NCBI GenBank assembly: GCA_902563555.1
Contig: CACEXM010000004.1
Span: forward strand, 6,174 to 70,173
Direction: 5' to 3'
DNA length: 64,000 bases
From: an uncultured Pelagibacteraceae bacterium
Lineage (GTDB): Bacteria > Pseudomonadota > Alphaproteobacteria > Pelagibacterales > Pelagibacteraceae
Part shown: positions 58,935-64,000 of the stretch, one piece after another
Layout of the letters: the number at the start of each line of letters is the position of its first letter
Numbering within the stretch: position 1 is the stretch's first letter
Program-made: the position numbers and the translations under genes
The notes under the pieces: generated by a model
What the model saw: only the letters and a program-made list of their open reading frames with translations
Databases searched by the model: none
Told to the model about the DNA's origin: nothing

Positions 58935-59111
58935 ATGAATAAAATTACTACAATCATAGGATTATCTTTTGCAGTTTTCTTTTTAATTGGTTTAGCAACA
59001 ACTCTAACGAGATCAATGATGATAGGCTTTTTGGATGTTATCCCAGTTTATCTTTTAATGGGTGCAGCTATCATCATGATGATATACGAAGCCTTCTTTG
59101 ATAAAGATTAG
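58935..59111 (+). CDS. Small two-helix membrane protein, 58 aa (not in ORF track)
   Basis: MNKITTIIGLSFAVFFLIGLATTLTRSMMIGFLDVIPVYLLMGAAIIMMIYEAFFDKD*; fills the amidase-DMT gap almost exactly. Confidence 0.75.
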   Translation: MNKITTIIGLSFAVFFLIGLATTLTRSMMIGFLDVIPVYLLMGAAIIMMIYEAFFDKD

Positions 59112-59122
59112 TATCAATTAAA

Positions 59123-60028
59123 TTGAAAAATATTAAGACAGATATATTCTCATTTTCATTATTATTTATACAACCAATCTTTATGGCTAGTAACCTAGTT
59201 GTAGCTAGGGGTGGTGTTGAATTTGTTCCACCTATTTCACTTGCATTTTGGCGTTGGACAGTTGTTTTTTTAATTTTGTTACCATTCACTTATGTAACTT
59301 TAAAAAATAATTTTCATATAATTAAAAAGGAATATAAAAAATTATTTTTTTTAGGATCAATGGGATGTGGTGTATGTGGCGCTTTCCCTTTTTTAGCTGG
59401 TGAGACAACAACTGTTATTAATATGGGAATAATTTATACATCCTCTCCAGTTTTTATTATTCTAATCTCATATTTTTTTTTTCATGAGAAAATAAATGCA
59501 ACAAAGATAATTGGCTTAATTACTTGCTTGATCGGAGTACTTATCATCATTATTAAAGGTGATTTTGACTTATTGATTAATCTAAAATTTACAATTGGTG
59601 ATTTGTGGATGTTGGCTGCTGCAATTGGATGGGCTTTATATTCAATTTATTTATTCTATTGGAAATCTAAATTAAAAATTTTTGATAGATTTACTATGAT
59701 TTCTTTTTTTGGTGCATTGAGCTTGTTACCTTTTTACGTTGGTGAGGAATTATTTTATAAAGAGACTATTTTTGCGACAGAATTCTATTTATGGGTAACT
59801 TTTGCAGCTATATCACCAGGTATAATTGCTTTTACACTTTATACTATAGCTCAGAAAAAATTAGGTGCATCATTGACTGGCTTTACGCTTTATGTTTTTA
59901 CAGTTTATGGAGCAATTTATGGATACTTTTTATTTGACGAAAAATTTGAGAATTTTCATATTATTGGAACCATTTTAGTTTTCTTTGGCGTATATTTAGC
60001 TAAGAAAAATAATGTTAAAAAAGTTTAG
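59123..60028 (+). CDS. DMT/EamA family transporter
   Basis: About 10 TM helices, PP..LAFWRW, GD...L.A...WA.YS. Confidence 0.9.
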   Translation: MKNIKTDIFSFSLLFIQPIFMASNLVVARGGVEFVPPISLAFWRWTVVFLILLPFTYVTLKNNFHIIKKEYKKLFFLGSMGCGVCGAFPFLAGETTTVINMGIIYTSSPVFIILISYFFFHEKINATKIIGLITCLIGVLIIIIKGDFDLLINLKFTIGDLWMLAAAIGWALYSIYLFYWKSKLKIFDRFTMISFFGALSLLPFYVGEELFYKETIFATEFYLWVTFAAISPGIIAFTLYTIAQKKLGASLTGFTLYVFTVYGAIYGYFLFDEKFENFHIIGTILVFFGVYLAKKNNVKKV

Positions 60029-60830
60029 GAATAATTTGTTATCGTTTTTACAACTAATAATTTTAGTTTACCTTTTTCTTTTGGCATTTCTTTATTTTTA
60101 TCAAAGAAATTTAATGTACCATCCTGACGAAAATAATTATTTTAACGATAAACTTTCTGTTGATATTGAAGAGGTTGAAATATCAACACAAGACGGATTA
60201 GGCTTGTTAGGTTGGTATCATGAAAAAGATATAAGAAAAAATAAAACAATTTTATTTTTTCATGGGAATGCAGGATCTTTAGAAAATAGAATTCATAAAT
60301 TGAATCATTTTAGAGACATGAGTGTTAATTTTTTAATAGTTGCCTGGAGAGGTTTTAGTGGCAATGAGGGCAAACCATCAGAAATTGGATTATATGAGGA
60401 TGGTGAAAGTGCAATTAGATGGTTAATGAAAAAAGGTGTGGATGAAAAAAATATAGTAATTTATGGAGAGTCATTAGGAACAGGAGTTGCAACACACTTA
60501 TCTCAAAATAGAAATTTTGCAGGTATAATTTTAGAAACTCCATTTACGTCAATGATTGACGCTGCTAAAAAATTTTATCCATATATACCCGTTGGTCTTT
60601 TACTAAAAGATAAATTTGAAAATAAAAATAAAATTAAAAATGTTAAGTCTCCAATTTTGATAATGCATGGCGAAAAAGATCAAATAGTCCCTTTTGAGAT
60701 GGGTCAAAAGATGTTCAAAATGGCTAATGATCCTAAATATTCTTATTTTACCAAATATGACAATCATATGATGGAGTATGATGAGAATCTTATAAAAACA
60801 TTAAATTCATTTTTAATTAATTTAAATTAG
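60012..60830 (+). CDS. Alpha/beta hydrolase (ABHD13-like), membrane-anchored
   Basis: FHGNAG, RG.....G.PSE, GESLG, HG..D.IVP. Confidence 0.92.
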   Translation: MLKKFRNNLLSFLQLIILVYLFLLAFLYFYQRNLMYHPDENNYFNDKLSVDIEEVEISTQDGLGLLGWYHEKDIRKNKTILFFHGNAGSLENRIHKLNHFRDMSVNFLIVAWRGFSGNEGKPSEIGLYEDGESAIRWLMKKGVDEKNIVIYGESLGTGVATHLSQNRNFAGIILETPFTSMIDAAKKFYPYIPVGLLLKDKFENKNKIKNVKSPILIMHGEKDQIVPFEMGQKMFKMANDPKYSYFTKYDNHMMEYDENLIKTLNSFLINLN

Positions 60831-60879
60831 GCCATATTCTAAACAAATAATATTCAAGATTTAATTTTACGCTTAAAAA

Positions 60880-61443
60880 GTGAAAATTTTTTTTTTAATC
60901 ACAATTTTATTAATAACTTTAAAAAGTTTTGCATTTTCAAAAGACAATTCATTTTATCCTGATGATTTATTTCACATAGATCATATGGACTCACACAATA
61001 AAAAATTTGCACTATATTTTAAGACACGAAAGAAATCAATTTTGGCCAGAGGTGAAGAAAGTAATTATATAAATGATTACCCAAAAGATCTTTATATCTA
61101 TAATTATTCAACAAAGTCCTCTTCACCATTGATCTCTTATGATTGGTTTCCCTCTCAAGCCAAGTTTCATTTAGCGGAATATGATTTTCCCGTATTTCCA
61201 GATGATTTTGCTTATTACCTTTTAAAAGACGACAAAACACTAGTAATGATTAGTGCAGTTAAAAGTTTAAATGCTAATTTTAAATACGATATTTTTGATA
61301 AGAAACTTGAACTTTACCCTACTACAGGAAAATTTGATTTTATTATTTCTTCTTTCTCTAAAGATTGTGGGCATTATAAATTTAATGATAATTATAAGTG
61401 TAGTATTTATAAACCTTTAATTTCGAGTAATTTAATTAACTAA
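60880..61443 (+). CDS. Hypothetical secreted protein
   Basis: GTG start, signal-like N-terminus, 187 aa, no motif recognised. Confidence 0.65.
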   Translation: MKIFFLITILLITLKSFAFSKDNSFYPDDLFHIDHMDSHNKKFALYFKTRKKSILARGEESNYINDYPKDLYIYNYSTKSSSPLISYDWFPSQAKFHLAEYDFPVFPDDFAYYLLKDDKTLVMISAVKSLNANFKYDIFDKKLELYPTTGKFDFIISSFSKDCGHYKFNDNYKCSIYKPLISSNLIN

Positions 61444-62353
61444 CTTGTGTAAAAGCCTCAGCAAATTTTTCTGCATTGAATAATTCTAAATCATCTTCTT
61501 TTTCACCTAAGCCTAAAGCAATAATAGGCATTTGATATTTTTTTGCTATTGCTAGCAGAATACCACCTTTGGCAGTTCCATCTAATTTGGTCATTATTAG
61601 ACCAGTTAAAGGAATAATTTTGTTAAATTCTTCCACTTGATTAATCACATTCTGTCCTGATGTTGCATCTAAAACTAAAATAATATTATGAGGAGCATCT
61701 TGGTCAATTTTCTTTGTTACGTTGGCTATCTTTTTATATTCTTCCATTAAATTTTTTTTATTTTGCAGTCTCCCAGCAGTATCGATTAAAACTTGGTGAT
61801 AATTATTTTTGATTGCTTCCTCAACTGCTTTGTATGCCACCGATGCTGGATCAGAACCTTGAGATGATTTAGTTAATTTAACATCAATTTTATTTGCCCA
61901 ATTTTCTAATTGTTCAATAGCAGCTGCTCTAAAAGTATCGGAAGCAGCAAACATAACTTTGTTGCCATTAGTTTTTAATTTTTTACCTATTTTACCAATA
62001 GTTGTTGTTTTACCAACACCATTTACTCCTGAGATTAAAGTTGCATTGAGTTTATCTTTTTTTTCAAAAAAAGAATTATTTTCTAAAGGCTTCATTAAAT
62101 TAACAATGTACTCTTTTAAAATAAGATTTATCTCAGTTGATAGATTTTTGTTGGGATCAATCTTTTTATTTGAAATGATTTCTTTAATTTCAGATGCAGC
62201 TTCTACACCAACATCAGATTCAATTAAAAACTCTTCGATTTTATCTAAATTTTTATCGTCTATCTCTTTTTTTATTATTATTTCTTTTAATCCAGATGTC
62301 AGTGCAGAAGCACTTTTTTTAAAACCTATCTTAAATTTGTCAAAAATTCCCAT
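61436..62353 (-). CDS. ftsY: SRP receptor FtsY (NG domain only)
   Basis: GVNGVGKTTTIGK, DTFRAAA, DTAGRL, TKLDGTAKGG. Confidence 0.97.
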   Translation of the reverse strand: MGIFDKFKIGFKKSASALTSGLKEIIIKKEIDDKNLDKIEEFLIESDVGVEAASEIKEIISNKKIDPNKNLSTEINLILKEYIVNLMKPLENNSFFEKKDKLNATLISGVNGVGKTTTIGKIGKKLKTNGNKVMFAASDTFRAAAIEQLENWANKIDVKLTKSSQGSDPASVAYKAVEEAIKNNYHQVLIDTAGRLQNKKNLMEEYKKIANVTKKIDQDAPHNIILVLDATSGQNVINQVEEFNKIIPLTGLIMTKLDGTAKGGILLAIAKKYQMPIIALGLGEKEDDLELFNAEKFAEAFTQVS

Positions 62354-63177
62354 TATAGTTTGATCTCAATTTCTTTTATTTCTGAAACGGGTCCTTTCAT
62401 GTGGATTGAATTTCTATCATCTATAAGAATTGACAACTTACCTGTTTGAAATTCTATATCTGTTTTATTTTCATTAAGTTTATTTAATTTACCGGCAAAT
62501 GCAGTTGCGCATGCAGCTGTTCCACATGCTTTGGTTAGCCCAGCCCCTCTCTCCCATACTTTCACTTTAATTAAATTTTTATTGATTATCTTGGCTATTG
62601 TAACATTACATTTTTCTGGAAAAATTTTATGATTTTCAATTTTGGGTCCAATTTTTTCAATACTGAAATTTTCAATTTCGTTTACAAAAAAAACAATATG
62701 TGGATTTCCAACATTAACAGCAGTACCACCAAAATATTCTTTATTATTTAAATCTGTGATCCCAATATTCAAATTTTTAGTATCTAGTTTTTCCGATAAA
62801 GGAATTTCGTTCCATTGTAATTTAGCTTTACCAATTTCAGTCGTAACAACATTTTTATCTAAAATTTTTGACTCTAAGTTCCCATTTAAAGTAGATAAGA
62901 TGATCTTTTCAGCTTTTGTCTCTTCAGAGATTAATTTTGCAACACATCTAGTGCCATTTCCACATGCACCAGCCTCCCCTCCATCAGAATTAAAAAATTT
63001 TAAATTTGCATCACTTGATTTACTGGTCTCAATAAATATTAATTGATCACAACCAATAAAATTTCTATCACAAATTTTTATAATCTGATCTTTAGTTAAA
63101 TTGGTAATTTTTTGTCTATTATCAATGATGACAAAATCATTACCTAATCCATCCATTTTAAAAGCTCTTATCTCCAT
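62353..63177 (-). CDS. dapF: Diaminopimelate epimerase
   Basis: KM.GLGNDF, CGNG.RC, GNPH, ERGAG.T.ACGT. Confidence 0.97.
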   Translation of the reverse strand: MEIRAFKMDGLGNDFVIIDNRQKITNLTKDQIIKICDRNFIGCDQLIFIETSKSSDANLKFFNSDGGEAGACGNGTRCVAKLISEETKAEKIILSTLNGNLESKILDKNVVTTEIGKAKLQWNEIPLSEKLDTKNLNIGITDLNNKEYFGGTAVNVGNPHIVFFVNEIENFSIEKIGPKIENHKIFPEKCNVTIAKIINKNLIKVKVWERGAGLTKACGTAACATAFAGKLNKLNENKTDIEFQTGKLSILIDDRNSIHMKGPVSEIKEIEIKL

Positions 63178-63256
63178 ATATAGTTATTTAACTTATTTAT
63201 TGACTTTTTGAACCTCTATTATAGTTTGTGGCAGTTTCCGCAAAAACGTTAAATTT

Positions 63257-63324
63257 GCGGTGTCTTTGGAAACAAAGAGATCGACACTAGTCAGCGAGGG
63301 TTCGCCCACTAGTGCGATTACTGC
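63257..63324 (+). ncRNA. Structured ffh leader RNA (cis-regulatory motif)
   Basis: GCGGT/ACTGC closing stem; TCTTTG-GAAA-CAAAGA hairpin; ATCG/CGAT and CACTAGT/ACTAGTG stems capped by GGG-TTCG-CCC; 14 nt before the ffh ATG. Confidence 0.8.
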
Positions 63325-63338
63325 TGTGTGAAATAAAT

Positions 63339-64000
63339 ATGTTTGAAAATTTGACAAATAAATTTGAGGAAGTCTTTTCCTCTTTAAAGAAAGCACCTTC
63401 GCTTGATGAGCGTCAAGTTGATGAAGGTCTTAGATCTATTAGGCAAGCTTTATTAGAAGCTGACGTATCACTTGATGTTGCAAAAGAGTTTATTGAGAAA
63501 GTTAAACCCAAAGCTTTAGGACAAGAAATCATAAGATCTACATCTCCTGGCGATATGGTTGTTAAGATTGTTTACGACGAATTAGTATCTTTATTAGGTG
63601 AAAAAAATAATGATGTAAATCTTAATGCTGTACCACCAGTGCCTATGATGTTAGTTGGTCTACAAGGTTCTGGTAAAACTACAACTACCGCTAAACTTGC
63701 AAAATATTTGGAAAATAACAAAAAAAAGAAAGTTATGATGGTGAGTTTAGATATTTATAGGCCAGCCGCCCAAGAGCAATTAAAATCTTTAGGTGAACAA
63801 AATAATATTTTAACTTTGCCAATAATTGAAGGGCAACAACCATCTGATATTTGTCAAAGAGCAATTAGTGCTGCAAATCTAAATGGTGCTGATGTCATTT
63901 TATTTGATACAGCAGGTAGAACACAAATAGACTTGCAAATGATGAGTGAAATTAAACAAATCGAGAATATAATTAAACCTGCTGAAACCTTTTTAGTTGC
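63339..64000 (+). CDS. ffh: Signal recognition particle protein Ffh (runs off window; not in ORF track)
   Basis: MFENLTNKF..., ALLEADV, GLQGSGKTTT.AKL, D.YRPAA, DTAGR. Confidence 0.97.
   Translation, partial: MFENLTNKFEEVFSSLKKAPSLDERQVDEGLRSIRQALLEADVSLDVAKEFIEKVKPKALGQEIIRSTSPGDMVVKIVYDELVSLLGEKNNDVNLNAVPPVPMMLVGLQGSGKTTTTAKLAKYLENNKKKKVMMVSLDIYRPAAQEQLKSLGEQNNILTLPIIEGQQPSDICQRAISAANLNGADVILFDTAGRTQIDLQMMSEIKQIENIIKPAETFLV

Noticed and set aside
1434-63396. Short ORF-track entries antisense to or nested in recognised genes (e.g. 1434-1625, 10206-10562, 18837-19109, 53326-53709, 61959-62363, 62642-63046, 63193-63396)
   Set aside because: Shadow frames of well-supported genes with no motifs; 63193-63396 is the reverse of the ffh leader and start
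1-64000. CRISPR arrays, IS elements, rRNA and defence systems
   Set aside because: No spaced direct repeats, transposase, cas, nuclease or rRNA-like sequence recognised by eye

Overview
Very AT-rich, densely packed alphaproteobacterial chromosome segment. Gene content, tiny intergenic spacers and protein style point to SAR11 / Candidatus Pelagibacter (inference). Most of it is core genome: his genes, ftsK-lolA, tRNA-Gly(GCC), purH, rpe, an acetate-type symporter plus acs, tsaD, hemCD, folD, argG, ccmCDEFGH, a 2-hydroxy/2-oxo-acid oxidation plus TRAP cluster, ftsY-dapF and ffh with its structured leader. The most unusual part is an ~8 kb block (30.9-38.7 kb) bracketed by two atypical photolyases: a PhrB-type (6-4) photolyase lacking the Fe-S cysteine set, and a photolyase whose FAD domain comes first. 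Between them lie a missed DUF2256 gene, a DUF4174 fusion with an unassigned C-terminal domain, a CRTAC1-like protein, a fasciclin protein and a 10-Cys secreted protein, together a candidate light/UV-response module with an extracytoplasmic arm. Other oddities: a histone-like basic tail on Acs, an EF-hand loop in the symporter, divergent genes sharing one CATG, a long hairpin before ccmC and tandem FMN hydroxy-acid oxidase paralogs with different substitutions. No CRISPR array, integrase, transposase or rRNA was seen. All family calls are by motif recognition; no database search was run.
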